Positions 38,321-49,170 are shown, counted from the stretch's first letter. The stretch: DNA of 64,000 bases from Acholeplasmataceae bacterium (GCA_963667565.1 OY763415.1:736001-800000); one strand, 5' to 3'. Made by a program: numbers and translations. Notes: a model not told the origin generated them from the letters alone.

Positions 38321-39727
38321 CTATATCATGATTGGTTGATCATCTTTATCATGATTTTTTCTTTGCTTAATAATAGGTTTGAAATCTATTTGTTTATATA
38401 AAATAAAACCTGGAATCATAATTAAGAAATTACTAATAAACATTGCAATCCAAATACCAAGATGCGCTAAACTTGTAAAATATCCAAATAATAAAATCAT
38501 TGGTATTCTTAGAATCCACAATCTTGTTACTGTGATAATGAAGGTGAATCTTGTATGACCTGTACCATTAAATAATCCTAGGAAAGTTTGAAATACAGCC
38601 ATTAATGGAATACCTAAAAGTAGATAAAACATATATTCATATGCTTGTTTATAAGCAATTGGATCATCATCTAAAAATACTAAAATCATTGGTCTTCTTA
38701 AAAACATAAAGATGGTTGCACCAACAATCATAATGATGACTGATAATGACATGGCTTTTTTGAAAGCTTCACGGGCTCTTTCAGGTTGATTATTTCCAAT
38801 ATTTTGTCCTATATATGTTGCAAGCACTGCACCAATTGCCATTACCGGTTGCAAAATAAGACTATTTATTCTGTTTCCAACGCTAAATGCAGCAACCGTT
38901 TGATCACCATATCCTACAATCATTGCATTCATAATAATAAATCCTATTGCTGTAAATGCTTGACCTAATGAAGCAGGAATCGCTCTCTCCGTAATCTCAT
39001 GGACAATTTCTCCATCAATTTGAAAATCACTTTTTGAAACTGTAATTCCACTTTTTGAGAAAAATAATACATATAGCATAAATGGTGTAATGATAACATT
39101 AGAAATCAAAGTCGCGTAAGCTGCTCCTGATACACCCATATTTAATACTGAAACAAAAACAGGTGTTAATATAATATTTAATAAAACCGTCGCTATTCCA
39201 AAATAAACCGCAGTTGTCGTGTCTCCAGATGACTGCCTAATCGATGTGAATGCAAAGAATAAAAAAACAAATGGAAGTTCGAAACTTCTAATCTTTAAAT
39301 AAAGAGAACTTTGCTCTAAAACGTAATCTTTCGTACCCATGAGTTGCATGATACTTGGTGATAAAAAATATGAAAATATATTCAAAAATATCCCTAGTAA
39401 AACTGAAATGATAAGTAAATTTCCTGCATATTTTTTTGCATCTGTAAGTTTGTTAGCCCCAATAAATTGACTCATTAAAGCCGTTCCTGCTGCACTTAAT
39501 CCTATGCCTAAAGAAATATAAGTGAAATTAACAGGAAATGTTAGAGAGATTGAACTGATAGCTTCTGTACTAAACTCTGGTATTTTACTAACAAAAAACA
39601 TATCAATGATATCATGGATAGTTTTTATAAAATTATTAAGCATGACAGGAAGTGCTAAAACAATCAACCCTTTGTAGATATTAGGATGATTTAGAATTAA
39701 ATCTTTCTTTTGCTGATCTTTTGTCAT
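38321..39727 (-). CDS. MATE family efflux transporter
   Basis: 12 TM; D.FFV, GVSGAA.AT, GQN.G. Confidence 0.9.
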   Translation of the reverse strand: MTKDQQKKDLILNHPNIYKGLIVLALPVMLNNFIKTIHDIIDMFFVSKIPEFSTEAISSISLTFPVNFTYISLGIGLSAAGTALMSQFIGANKLTDAKKYAGNLLIISVLLGIFLNIFSYFLSPSIMQLMGTKDYVLEQSSLYLKIRSFELPFVFLFFAFTSIRQSSGDTTTAVYFGIATVLLNIILTPVFVSVLNMGVSGAAYATLISNVIITPFMLYVLFFSKSGITVSKSDFQIDGEIVHEITERAIPASLGQAFTAIGFIIMNAMIVGYGDQTVAAFSVGNRINSLILQPVMAIGAVLATYIGQNIGNNQPERAREAFKKAMSLSVIIMIVGATIFMFLRRPMILVFLDDDPIAYKQAYEYMFYLLLGIPLMAVFQTFLGLFNGTGHTRFTFIITVTRLWILRIPMILLFGYFTSLAHLGIWIAMFISNFLIMIPGFILYKQIDFKPIIKQRKNHDKDDQPIMI

Positions 39728-39807
39728 AATGTGTAATCTTCTCTTTCTAATTAGCACTATTATTATAACATGATAATAAAAAAGTGAGACTTAGTCTCAC
39801 ATGATTT

Positions 39808-40356
39808 TTATGATCTTAATGGTTTTAAAGCTTGACTCCATTGAATCACTTGTTCAAATACAAGTTTTAGGTTTTCTTCATGGAGTGGTTGAGGCTTAAA
39901 TGTTACATAATTATCAAAATCATTAAATAAAGACATAAGCACTTGAGTTCTCACATCAGCAACCATGAGTTCGCCTAATACACCTCTTAAATGTTCTGCT
40001 GCTCTTGCTCCACCTGCTGATCCATATGAAACAATACCTGCTGCTTTATGATGCCATGCATCTCTTGCAGAATCTAATGCGTTTTTTAATGCACCACTCA
40101 TAGAATGGTTATATTCTGAAACAACAAAGATGAAACCATCTAGTGTTTGTAACTTTTCATTCCATTTTACTACTGCACTTTGGTCTTCTGTTGTTCCAAG
40201 CAAGGGTAAATTAAATGTCTTAATATCGATAATTTCAAACTCTACGTTTTTGACTCCCTTACTCTTATCTAGGACCCATTGACCAACTTGAGGGCTTACT
40301 CTTCCTTCTCTGGTACTTCCTAATATAATCCCTATTTTTAAATTGTTTGCGTCCAT
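39808..40356 (-). CDS. NADPH-dependent FMN reductase
   Basis: GSTREGR, EYNHS.SGALKNALD, GGARA. Confidence 0.92.
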   Translation of the reverse strand: MDANNLKIGIILGSTREGRVSPQVGQWVLDKSKGVKNVEFEIIDIKTFNLPLLGTTEDQSAVVKWNEKLQTLDGFIFVVSEYNHSMSGALKNALDSARDAWHHKAAGIVSYGSAGGARAAEHLRGVLGELMVADVRTQVLMSLFNDFDNYVTFKPQPLHEENLKLVFEQVIQWSQALKPLRS

Positions 40357-40475
40357 TGCTTTCTCCTTTATATTACTTACTTTATGTTAGTATTATACTT
40401 TTTGTAAGTATATTTTGTAAAGTCTTTTGCTTTTTAATTTTTTTTCTATATAATATGTGTATAGGAGTTGATAAG

Positions 40476-40781
40476 ATGGATCAAAAAGTATGTGTAAAAT
40501 TTGAATCAGCAAGTAAATTATTAAGTAGACGTTGGATTGGTCTTATCGTTAATCAATTATTAGATGGACCTAAACGCTTTAAAGATTTAGAATATGAGAT
40601 TAACATTTCAAGTAAAGTTTTAGCAGATAAACTAAAAGAGCTAGAAACTCACCAAATCATTGTTCGTCAAGTGCATCCTGAGACTCCAGTGAGAATTGAA
40701 TATGAACTTACGCAAATGGGTAAAGATTTAAAACCAGTGATGGATGCTATTACCGATTGGTCTCAAAAATACTATAAATAA
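40476..40781 (+). CDS. HxlR family transcriptional regulator
   Basis: C..E....LL.RRW, GPKRF, P.R.EYELT; start MDQKVC after AGGAG; divergent from the FMN reductase. Confidence 0.9.
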   Translation: MDQKVCVKFESASKLLSRRWIGLIVNQLLDGPKRFKDLEYEINISSKVLADKLKELETHQIIVRQVHPETPVRIEYELTQMGKDLKPVMDAITDWSQKYYK

Positions 40782-40818
40782 AAAAGGATATCCGAAGTTG
40801 GATGATCCTTTTATTTTT
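40780..40818. terminator. Bidirectional terminator
   Basis: aaaaaggat..atccttttt inverted repeat between convergent genes. Confidence 0.7.
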
Positions 40819-42196
40819 ATACTTCTAATGTATATCTATGGATTGTTCTCATCTCACTATTTAATAAGAATATACTTAAGAATCCAGTAAGAAAATCAGC
40901 CGCACCAAACGCTATCCAAATACCAACCATCCCCCAAAGTGAAGAGAAAATATACACAAGTGGTATAAAGAATAACACTTGTCTAGAAATAGTTACTACC
41001 ATTGCCCTTAATGGATATCCAAAAGATTGGAAAATTGATGAGGCAACAATTTGGAAACCAACGAGTGTAAAGCCAAAGGAAAGCAACCTAAACGCTTGCG
41101 CACCTAAATTTATAAAATTTGTATCATTTGATTCACTAAAAGCAACAAATATATAAGGTGATACGAAATAGACGAAGACAAAACCTAAAATAAAGTAAAT
41201 GATGACAATCGTAGTGGCAAATTTAATAACATCTTTAAGTCTTTGATAATTTTTAGCACCAAAATTGAAACTTACAATAGGTACGAGTCCTTGAACAATA
41301 CCAAACGATGGTAAGAATACAAAATTAATAACCCTATTGATGACACCATAAATTGATTGATAAGTCGTAATCAATTCATCACTTCCCGCATATTGTGCGA
41401 TTAATCTGAATATGATGATAGTGATAATCGCACCTGTTGCATTTCTTAAAAATGTAGGAAATCCAACACTTAGTGATTCCCACACTAGCTTAAAATCTAA
41501 TGTGAAAAAATGATTAAAGTGTACATTTAAGTTTGATTTTTTCCCATATGCTTGAAAGAAAATGAAAATAAAGGATGAAAACTGTGCAATGACAGTTGCT
41601 ATTGCAGCACCTTTAACACCCATTCCAAAAGCAAAAATAAATATAGGGTCTAATATAATATTTAAACCAGCACCAATCATAAGTGCATACATAGATACAA
41701 CAGCTCGACCTTCAGCTCTTGTGAGATTGTTTAATACCATAGAAAGTGTCATCGGTACTAAGCCAATCAATATAATAGAAAGATAATCTATACCATATTG
41801 GAAATTACTCGAAGTTGCACCAAAAAATGATAAAAGCGGTGTTAAGAAAATATATCCTAAAACTGCAAATATGATCGCAATGATGATATCAGTCTTAATA
41901 GCTGAATTCACCATTAAATCCATAGTTTTATAGTCTTTTTTACCAAATGCTCTAGAATAGACTGATGCACTACCAACACCAATCATAAGTCCTACAGCCA
42001 TTAAAATCATTTGAACTGGAAATGCAAAGGCTAATCCACCGATAGCATCTTCTCCTGCACCACGTGCAACAAAAAAAGTATCTACAATATTATAAAGAGC
42101 GTTAATAAGCATCCCCATCATTGCAGGAATTGATAATTTGATTAGCAATTTTTTTACATTCATAGTGCCTAACATTTTTTCTCTGTCATTGTTCAT
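40817..42196 (-). CDS. MATE family efflux transporter (MepA-like)
   Basis: ALYNIVD, NIILDP.FI, GAAIAT. Confidence 0.9.
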   Translation of the reverse strand: MNNDREKMLGTMNVKKLLIKLSIPAMMGMLINALYNIVDTFFVARGAGEDAIGGLAFAFPVQMILMAVGLMIGVGSASVYSRAFGKKDYKTMDLMVNSAIKTDIIIAIIFAVLGYIFLTPLLSFFGATSSNFQYGIDYLSIILIGLVPMTLSMVLNNLTRAEGRAVVSMYALMIGAGLNIILDPIFIFAFGMGVKGAAIATVIAQFSSFIFIFFQAYGKKSNLNVHFNHFFTLDFKLVWESLSVGFPTFLRNATGAIITIIIFRLIAQYAGSDELITTYQSIYGVINRVINFVFLPSFGIVQGLVPIVSFNFGAKNYQRLKDVIKFATTIVIIYFILGFVFVYFVSPYIFVAFSESNDTNFINLGAQAFRLLSFGFTLVGFQIVASSIFQSFGYPLRAMVVTISRQVLFFIPLVYIFSSLWGMVGIWIAFGAADFLTGFLSIFLLNSEMRTIHRYTLEV

Positions 42197-42262
42197 AAAA
42201 AATTACTCCTATTCGTTGATTTATTATAACACATTTTATACATTATGCCCGGTTCTTTTACG

Positions 42263-42400
42263 CTCTATAAAAATTACTCCACAAAAAGGGTAAATTCTAC
42301 AAATTGCTACGAAATTTCAAATATTTATACTAAAAATAACATAAATACGACTTTTTGTAGAGCATTAGTATCTTTTATAGAGTAATTTTTGTAGAATTTA
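42263..42400. repeat. Inverted array of YTCTAYAAAA-like boxes (putative operators)
   Basis: Forward copies at 42263, 42277, 42295; reverse copies at 42353, 42373, 42387. Confidence 0.6.
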
Positions 42401-42443
42401 AGATATAATATAGTTAATTCAGTAGAGAATTATAGGTGATTTT

Positions 42444-44675
42444 ATGGAATTTATTAAAACAATCATATCAAGCAGACGAAAAATGCTCAATATGACACAA
42501 AAAGAGTTAGCTGATAAATTAAACGTTTCAGATAAACTTGTAAGCAAATGGGAACATGGTGGAAGTTATCCAGACCTTTCCATTATTGATAATTTAGCCA
42601 AACATTTAGAAATCGATGTTTTAGATTTATTAGGATATACAAACTATAATGTCAAAGGTGATGATGATCCTAATTGTAACCGTCAATTTGATGAACTTAC
42701 TAGAAAACAAGGTGCATTATATTCAATTATTTCTTCTATTTCAAGCAGTTTTGCTAGTATGACTGTCAATAATTATGATGAAACAATCAATCATGCACTT
42801 AAAACTTTAGGTGAATTTGTTAAGGCAGATCGTGTCTATATTTTCGCATATGATTTTGATAAGGGTATTACTTATAATACATATGAGTGGTGTTCTTCTG
42901 GTATTCTTCCAGTCATTGATGATCTTCAAGATGTACCACTAGATGCAGTTCCAGACTGGGTGAATACACATTCAAAGGGTGAAACATTATATATCTCTAA
43001 TGTATTAGAACTTAAAAAAGATGATCCTCTTAGAGATATTTTAGAACCACAAGGCATCAAGAGTTTGTTAACCATACCGATGTTTAGTGAAAATAAATTA
43101 ACTGGCTTCCTTGGTTTTGACTCTGTTAAAGAATTTAGACATTATAATGATTTTGAACGTAGTGCTCTTTTTGAATTTTCATATATTTTAATCAGCGCGA
43201 TTATGCGTATCGCATTAGAAAAAGATTTTGAGAATGAAAATTTAAAAACTCAATATATTTTAAGATCATCTAATATTGCTGCTTGGGAATGGCACATTGA
43301 TACAAATGAACTCATTGTCAATGATGTTTGGGCAGAATTATTAGGATATACTAAGGAAGAATTAGAACCTTTCTCATTAGATACTTGGACTTCAAAGACT
43401 AATCCATTAGATTTAGAAGTTGCAAAATCTTTATTAGACAAAGTACTTAATAAAGAAATTCCTGAATATAATTGCGAAATTAGACTCATCCATAAGGATG
43501 GACATGAACTTTGGGTAAGAGACACAGGTAAAGTTATTACTTGGGATGGAGATAAACCCTTAGTGATGATTGGTACATATATTGATATAAGTGAAATTAA
43601 ACGCAGAGAAGAGTTTAATCGAGTCATTAAACATACGATTGATTTTGCACCAATCTCAATATTGATTGCAGATAAACACATGAAGACAGAATTTGTCAAT
43701 AAAGGTTTTGAAACAATGACTGGTTTAATTGGTAAAGACATTATTGGTAAATCACCTGATAAAATACTTAAATCTCCATTTAAAGATGATGATTACTATG
43801 TAAACATTAGAAATCATATACAAAATGGTGAAACATTTAGTGATGTCATTAAATCTATGCGTGCAAATGGTGAAGTATACTGGCAAAGCATGGAAATCAA
43901 GCCAATCACAAATGAAGATAACGAAATCATAAACTACATTACCATTACACACGATGTCTCAAAAGATATTAATCGTGAAAATGAAAATAAAATCTATAAA
44001 GAAAAACTTGAAGATGAACTCAGACTAAAACATCAAGAATTAGATGAAGTTTATAGGGCTTCAGTTTATTCACTTGCTAAGTTAACTGAATCTAGAGATT
44101 ATAATACAGGTTCACATACACTTAGAGTTCAACACTTATGTAAGTTGTTAGCAACTGAACTTCAAACAAAACCTCATTTTTCTGATGAAATCAATCCAAG
44201 CTTTATTAACCATATCTTTAATGCTTCTGCACTACATGATATTGGTAAAATCAAAGTTCCAGATGCTATCTTGCTAAAACCTGGAGCGCTTACTGATGAA
44301 GAACGTAAAATTATGATGCAACATGTTAAATATGGTTCTGATACCTTATTAGAACTTGTTAGACAATTCCCAAGTAACCCTATCATTTCTATGGCAGTTA
44401 ACATCGCAAAATACCATCATGAAAAATGGAACGGTACAGGATATCTTGAGGGTTTATCTGGTTTAGAAATTCCACTTTCAGCAAGAATTATGACAATTGT
44501 CGATGTTTATGATGCTCTAAGATCAGAAAGACCTTATAAACCGGCATTCTCTCATAAAAAAGCATGTGATATTATTATCTCTGAATCTGGTACATCTTTT
44601 GATCCAGCTATTGTTGAAGTATTTATGCAAATTCATGCTCAAGTTGATATGATTTATCAATCACTTATAAACTAA
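42444..44675 (+). CDS. XRE-HTH/GAF/PAS/PAS/HD-GYP phosphodiesterase
   Basis: TQKELA..L.VS...VSKWE; ADRVYIF GAF; two PAS; TGSH..RV, LHDIGK, HHEKWNGTGYL, DVYDAL.S.RPYK. Confidence 0.9.
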   Translation: MEFIKTIISSRRKMLNMTQKELADKLNVSDKLVSKWEHGGSYPDLSIIDNLAKHLEIDVLDLLGYTNYNVKGDDDPNCNRQFDELTRKQGALYSIISSISSSFASMTVNNYDETINHALKTLGEFVKADRVYIFAYDFDKGITYNTYEWCSSGILPVIDDLQDVPLDAVPDWVNTHSKGETLYISNVLELKKDDPLRDILEPQGIKSLLTIPMFSENKLTGFLGFDSVKEFRHYNDFERSALFEFSYILISAIMRIALEKDFENENLKTQYILRSSNIAAWEWHIDTNELIVNDVWAELLGYTKEELEPFSLDTWTSKTNPLDLEVAKSLLDKVLNKEIPEYNCEIRLIHKDGHELWVRDTGKVITWDGDKPLVMIGTYIDISEIKRREEFNRVIKHTIDFAPISILIADKHMKTEFVNKGFETMTGLIGKDIIGKSPDKILKSPFKDDDYYVNIRNHIQNGETFSDVIKSMRANGEVYWQSMEIKPITNEDNEIINYITITHDVSKDINRENENKIYKEKLEDELRLKHQELDEVYRASVYSLAKLTESRDYNTGSHTLRVQHLCKLLATELQTKPHFSDEINPSFINHIFNASALHDIGKIKVPDAILLKPGALTDEERKIMMQHVKYGSDTLLELVRQFPSNPIISMAVNIAKYHHEKWNGTGYLEGLSGLEIPLSARIMTIVDVYDALRSERPYKPAFSHKKACDIIISESGTSFDPAIVEVFMQIHAQVDMIYQSLIN

Positions 44676-44688
44676 TCGAGGTAAATTC

Positions 44689-44778
44689 ATGAACGCTACT
44701 ATTGGGATTATCATCATTGTTATTTTAGTTATTATTATTGCTATTGCTGCACCTGGTAAAGAATATTTGGATGATTAA
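44689..44778 (+). CDS. Small single-TM protein (29 aa), not in ORF track
   Basis: MNATIGIIIIVILVIIIAIAAPGKEYLDD*; RBS GAGGT at 44678. Confidence 0.55.
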   Translation: MNATIGIIIIVILVIIIAIAAPGKEYLDD

Positions 44779-44821
44779 TAAAAAAAAGCGAATGTTATTA
44801 TTCGCTTTATTTATATTCTCA

Positions 44822-44896
44822 TGGTGGAGTTACTGGGGATTGAACCCAGGACCCCTTGCACGTCAAGCAAGTGCTCTCCCGCTGAGCTATAACTCC
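44822..44896 (-). tRNA. tRNA-Val(GAC)
   Basis: Cloverleaf GGAGTTA..TAACTCC-ACCA; anticodon arm CTTGC-TTGACGT-GCAAG; TTCAATC T-loop. Confidence 0.96.
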
Positions 44897-44951
44897 ATGT
44901 ATAAATATTATAACATAAAAATATAAAAGCAATCCAAATGGATTGCTCTTT

Positions 44952-45518
44952 TTATTTACCAATTCTTCGCCATGGTGTAACAAATCCATTTTGTATGAGA
45001 GATACTTCATGTGCAACAACTAAAGCCGTTGGCTCTATTGTTGTAATTAAATCTATAATGATGTCTTTATTTTTTCTATTCGCATATATAATAAGCAATT
45101 GTCTATTGTCATCTTTTCCATGAGCATCAAGTGTTGTGGCACCATATCCGTGTTCTCTTAATCCCTTAACAATAGCGTTTCCTGATGTTTCTGAAGCAAT
45201 GGCATGAATCTCAACTTTACCGACTGCAAGATGTGATTCAAGCATTGAACCAATATAAATTCCTGCAACAAATCCTATACTGTAAATAACACCTTTTATT
45301 GGTGTTTCAGTCACACCACTAATCACTGTGGATGCAACAAAAACCCATAACATGATTTCAAAAAACGCTAAAATTGTACCTGGTTTACGATAACCTTTAG
45401 TTATTAAAATGACTCGCATTGTCCCAATTGTTACTTCAATGATTTTAGCAAAAAATATAAATGCTAGTTCCCAAAAAGGTACTGCAGTAAAAAAATCTGA
45501 TATGACACTTAAAACCAT
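44952..45518 (-). CDS. UPF0316/DUF5698-DUF2179 membrane protein
   Basis: IF.AKI.EV...T.R, FFE...W, LR..GYG.T. Confidence 0.85.
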   Translation of the reverse strand: MVLSVISDFFTAVPFWELAFIFFAKIIEVTIGTMRVILITKGYRKPGTILAFFEIMLWVFVASTVISGVTETPIKGVIYSIGFVAGIYIGSMLESHLAVGKVEIHAIASETSGNAIVKGLREHGYGATTLDAHGKDDNRQLLIIYANRKNKDIIIDLITTIEPTALVVAHEVSLIQNGFVTPWRRIGK

Positions 45519-45531
45519 AACTAATTCCCCT

Positions 45532-46491
45532 TTATTTTTTCATGAGTGATGAATATTGTGGTACCTTTTGTTCTGGATGCAATTCAAAGTTAATCTCACC
45601 CATTGCAGTGACCACTTCACCAAAACCTGATGTAATCATTTTTTGTTTACCTGGATATATGACACCATTTCCACAAGCAAATATTCCATCAACAGATGTT
45701 TGCATTTTTGAGTTAACAATGATCGCACCATGTTCTGTTTCAATTAACCAATCTTCGTATACCGATTTTGATTGAATGAGTCCGAAAAACGCCAATATTT
45801 CATCAATATCTAATTTAATTTTTTCCTTAGTTTCAACATGTTCTAACGTTATATTTTTAATCAAATTATCTTCACTTACTTCTTCGCATAGTATATATGG
45901 TGTTAATATTTTACCACCTTTTGATTCAAATAAATCAATAGATCCAAGATGGGCTCTAAATTCATTTCTGCGATGAACAACATAAACTTCGCTTGCAACT
46001 TCTAAGATGTGATTTGCCCAGTCAATAGCTGAATCTCCACCACCAAAAACAAGAACCTTTTTATCAATATATTGATCAAGCGATTCAACATTATATTTTA
46101 AATTATTTGCTTTTACACCTTCCACAAGGCGTGGTGTAAACTTACCGCCACCATGTGTCATTAGTATCTTTTTTGTGTGATATGAAGCTATATTCGTTGT
46201 AACAACAAAGAAATTTTGTTCTTTTTCAATTTTTTCGACAGTTTCATTTAAATGAAGAGGAATATCATTTTCATATGTTTTATATTGTTCAAAAAGAGCA
46301 TCTAATAATTCACTTGCTTTAATTTCTAGAAATCCAGGAATATCATAAATTGCTTTTTCTAAGTATAGATTAAGTTGTCCACCAACGGTTTGAGCTGATT
46401 CTAAAATGATTGAATCAATTTTACGCAAACCTGCTAAAAATCCTGCATAAAGTCCAACTGGACCAGATCCTATGATGATTAATTCTTTCAC
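45532..46491 (-). CDS. Ferredoxin--NADP+ reductase (YumC/TrxB-like, no CxxC)
   Basis: IIGSGPVG, GGQL..Y.EK.IYDIPG, GGGDSA.DWA, HRR..FRAH. Confidence 0.87.
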   Translation of the reverse strand: MKELIIIGSGPVGLYAGFLAGLRKIDSIILESAQTVGGQLNLYLEKAIYDIPGFLEIKASELLDALFEQYKTYENDIPLHLNETVEKIEKEQNFFVVTTNIASYHTKKILMTHGGGKFTPRLVEGVKANNLKYNVESLDQYIDKKVLVFGGGDSAIDWANHILEVASEVYVVHRRNEFRAHLGSIDLFESKGGKILTPYILCEEVSEDNLIKNITLEHVETKEKIKLDIDEILAFFGLIQSKSVYEDWLIETEHGAIIVNSKMQTSVDGIFACGNGVIYPGKQKMITSGFGEVVTAMGEINFELHPEQKVPQYSSLMKK

Positions 46492-46585
46492 GTTGTATTA
46501 CCTGCTTTATCATATATAAATCATTTTATCATATTATATATGATATATATCAATAAAAAAGAGCAGATTATTCTGCTCTTATTCT

Positions 46586-48532
46586 CTAATAATATAATCG
46601 CTGTGATACAGCCATGGTGTTTAAATCAAAGACGACAATTTCAGTTCTAGAAAATGTGTAAATTTTATTTTCTATTTCCACACCTCGATCAATTTTATTG
46701 TAATTGATTGTTTGGTCATGTGTAATAATAATAGGATTTCCTAAAACATTTGTATTAGAAAAATCAATATTGAAAATAAAGTAATAGGCTTCATAAGTAT
46801 AATAATTTGTTTCATAGTCATAAATATATGCAGACATTGGGAATGCAAAAATATTTTTATCTACATTAATGAGTAATGCTTTAGGGTTATATATAGCTTC
46901 ACTGTAATTAAATTGATAGTACTGATCTGATTCATCAAAAACAAAACTACTTAGTGGTTCTGTCAAGTTTGTATCATAAGCACTCAATTTAAGAGTTGTC
47001 ACAAATCCTTGCTCATCAGCATCAAAACCAAATCCAACTAAATGATTATCTTGATCCCATACATGTAAATAAGTAGAATACCCATTTTCAATGATGGGAC
47101 TTGATTCAATTTCCGGTTGACTTGGGTTTGATAAGTCAATTGTATATAATGGATCATGCGTTTCAAATGTCACTATTTGTGCAATCTCACCATTAAATCT
47201 TACTGATTTGACTGTTTCATTTGCTAATCCAATACCTTCATCAACAAGCGATAATACATTTAATTTATCAATATTTGGATCTTCAACAAATACATATAGT
47301 CTGTTTTTTCCTAGCCAATCAGTTGTTACTAATCTAAAATAACCATCATATTCATCCATCCAGTACTGACTTTCAATATATCCTTCAAAACTTCCTGTTG
47401 CCACATATTTAAGTGATAAGTCTTCTTGAATACTAAATTTAAGTACGTGAGCATAAGTAAACCAATTGCCTTCTGCTTCATCATATCCATAAAAATATGA
47501 AATCATATAAAAACTTTCTTGTGTTGCATACAGCGTATAAAATTGAACCATAAATGCTTGTGCATCAAAAGTTAAATCATCTAGACGAAGTGAGGTAATT
47601 ACCATCATTGAATTTGTCATTTCTTGTTCAAAATAAAACATTTGATCGTATGATAAATATGAAGTTGTTTCTATACTATCTTTATTAATAATATATTCTG
47701 GTCGATATTCTTCAGTATTTTGGTAAATATATTTTTGTGAGAATAGATATAATACATCTCCAATAAGACGATAGTCATAAAAATGAGAATCTGTTGTTAG
47801 TTCATATGTCAAACCCATATTTTCTTTATCAAACACTTTCACTGATGCTGTGTCATTGACATAAAACCAACTACAATAAAACTCATCAGTTGTAATTGCC
47901 TGACTTTGATATATGTAACCAATAAGAATGACTTGAGTATCAGTAATAAACATGCCTTCAATATAAAAATCATTTAAATTGATGGTTTGTTCTAAAATGA
48001 TTTCACCTTGATCATCAACACTAAAGACTAAAAGTTCATTTTGATATCTAGGTGCATAATAAATATGATATCCATCAGTCTTAATCACATCAGATTCATC
48101 TACACCTTCGACTTGTACGTTTGTTTCAGTATAGGATCTTGTATCGTTAGATCCATCAAGTGCTGCATCGGTTTCTGGAGCACCTACTGAATCTTCATAT
48201 AGATAATTTTGATAACCGTTATATGATGTTAATAAAGCACTTAATTCATCATGTGAACCAATATTTTTCGCATCAATATATGTTTTATTTGCAATAAGCC
48301 CAGTATTTTGTCCTAAAGTCATAAAAACAGCAGCAACTACAAATAAACCTAAAACAGCTTGATATACATTTTTAAATATCATTTGATATGAGATGTTTAC
48401 GATAGGTTCACCTACAGTTTTTTTAAACTTGTTAAGTCTTTTTTGCCATACCATTTCAATTACTAATTTAAATCCATAGAATAATGATAAAAATGCAAAT
48501 ATCCCTACAATAATCCATTTAATCGTTGTCAT
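46586..48532 (-). CDS. Membrane-anchored beta-propeller domain protein
   Basis: TNVQVEGVDE.D..KTDG, MDEY.G..R, VRF, DPL..IDLS.P, GYS.YLH. Confidence 0.85.
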   Translation of the reverse strand: MTTIKWIIVGIFAFLSLFYGFKLVIEMVWQKRLNKFKKTVGEPIVNISYQMIFKNVYQAVLGLFVVAAVFMTLGQNTGLIANKTYIDAKNIGSHDELSALLTSYNGYQNYLYEDSVGAPETDAALDGSNDTRSYTETNVQVEGVDESDVIKTDGYHIYYAPRYQNELLVFSVDDQGEIILEQTINLNDFYIEGMFITDTQVILIGYIYQSQAITTDEFYCSWFYVNDTASVKVFDKENMGLTYELTTDSHFYDYRLIGDVLYLFSQKYIYQNTEEYRPEYIINKDSIETTSYLSYDQMFYFEQEMTNSMMVITSLRLDDLTFDAQAFMVQFYTLYATQESFYMISYFYGYDEAEGNWFTYAHVLKFSIQEDLSLKYVATGSFEGYIESQYWMDEYDGYFRLVTTDWLGKNRLYVFVEDPNIDKLNVLSLVDEGIGLANETVKSVRFNGEIAQIVTFETHDPLYTIDLSNPSQPEIESSPIIENGYSTYLHVWDQDNHLVGFGFDADEQGFVTTLKLSAYDTNLTEPLSSFVFDESDQYYQFNYSEAIYNPKALLINVDKNIFAFPMSAYIYDYETNYYTYEAYYFIFNIDFSNTNVLGNPIIITHDQTINYNKIDRGVEIENKIYTFSRTEIVVFDLNTMAVSQRLYY

Positions 48533-48548
48533 AAAAAGTTTCCTCCTA

Positions 48549-49058
48549 TTAAATGCCTAAGGCATGTTTAAATTTCGAAACATAGGAACGCGAAACATAA
48601 ACTAACTTGCCATTGGTTAACTCAATTTCTAGTTTTGCATTATATGCTAATCTAATGTATTTGATTTTTCTTAAGTTAACGATAAATGATTTCCCAATTC
48701 TTACAAATTGATAAGGTTCCAATAATTGCTCGATTTGATAAAGTGGTTGTTTGATCAATTCTTTTTGACCATGAATCATATGCATATCAACTTCATCCTT
48801 AAATGATTCAAGGTATGCGATTTTATGAATATGAATTTGAATCCAACCATCAGTCGTTTGAAAAACCATTTGAGCTTTTTCAAATTCAATTTCTTTTAAA
48901 ATTGGTTTAATGTGATCAATATCGTTATCTTCACACATGATACCAATAAAGCCTTCTTCTAATCCATCTTTAGCTGAAATAAGTTTAAAAGAAGATTTTT
49001 CTAAAATTGATTTTGTTAGTTGTTTATGTTTTTCTTGATCCCAAATCACTTTGAACAT
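48549..49058 (-). CDS. LytTR DNA-binding domain protein (no canonical receiver)
   Basis: I.Y.ES, F.RI.KS.IVN, VSR.Y; start MFKV after GGAGG. Confidence 0.87.
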   Translation of the reverse strand: MFKVIWDQEKHKQLTKSILEKSSFKLISAKDGLEEGFIGIMCEDNDIDHIKPILKEIEFEKAQMVFQTTDGWIQIHIHKIAYLESFKDEVDMHMIHGQKELIKQPLYQIEQLLEPYQFVRIGKSFIVNLRKIKYIRLAYNAKLEIELTNGKLVYVSRSYVSKFKHALGI

Positions 49059-49170
49059 AAACGTTCCTCCTGGTTTCATTTTATGAAATAACATATCATG
49101 AATCTATCATTAAAAGATAAGATGCAACATATGGTGATAACTTACATCTATTTTAACATAAAAAAAACGA

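Noticed and set aside
44738..45123. ORFs 44738-44926, 44819-45019 and 44938-45123; tRNA as an integration site
   Set aside because: The ORFs overlap the tRNA or the opposite-strand gene; no integrase or duplicated tRNA 3' end was seen.
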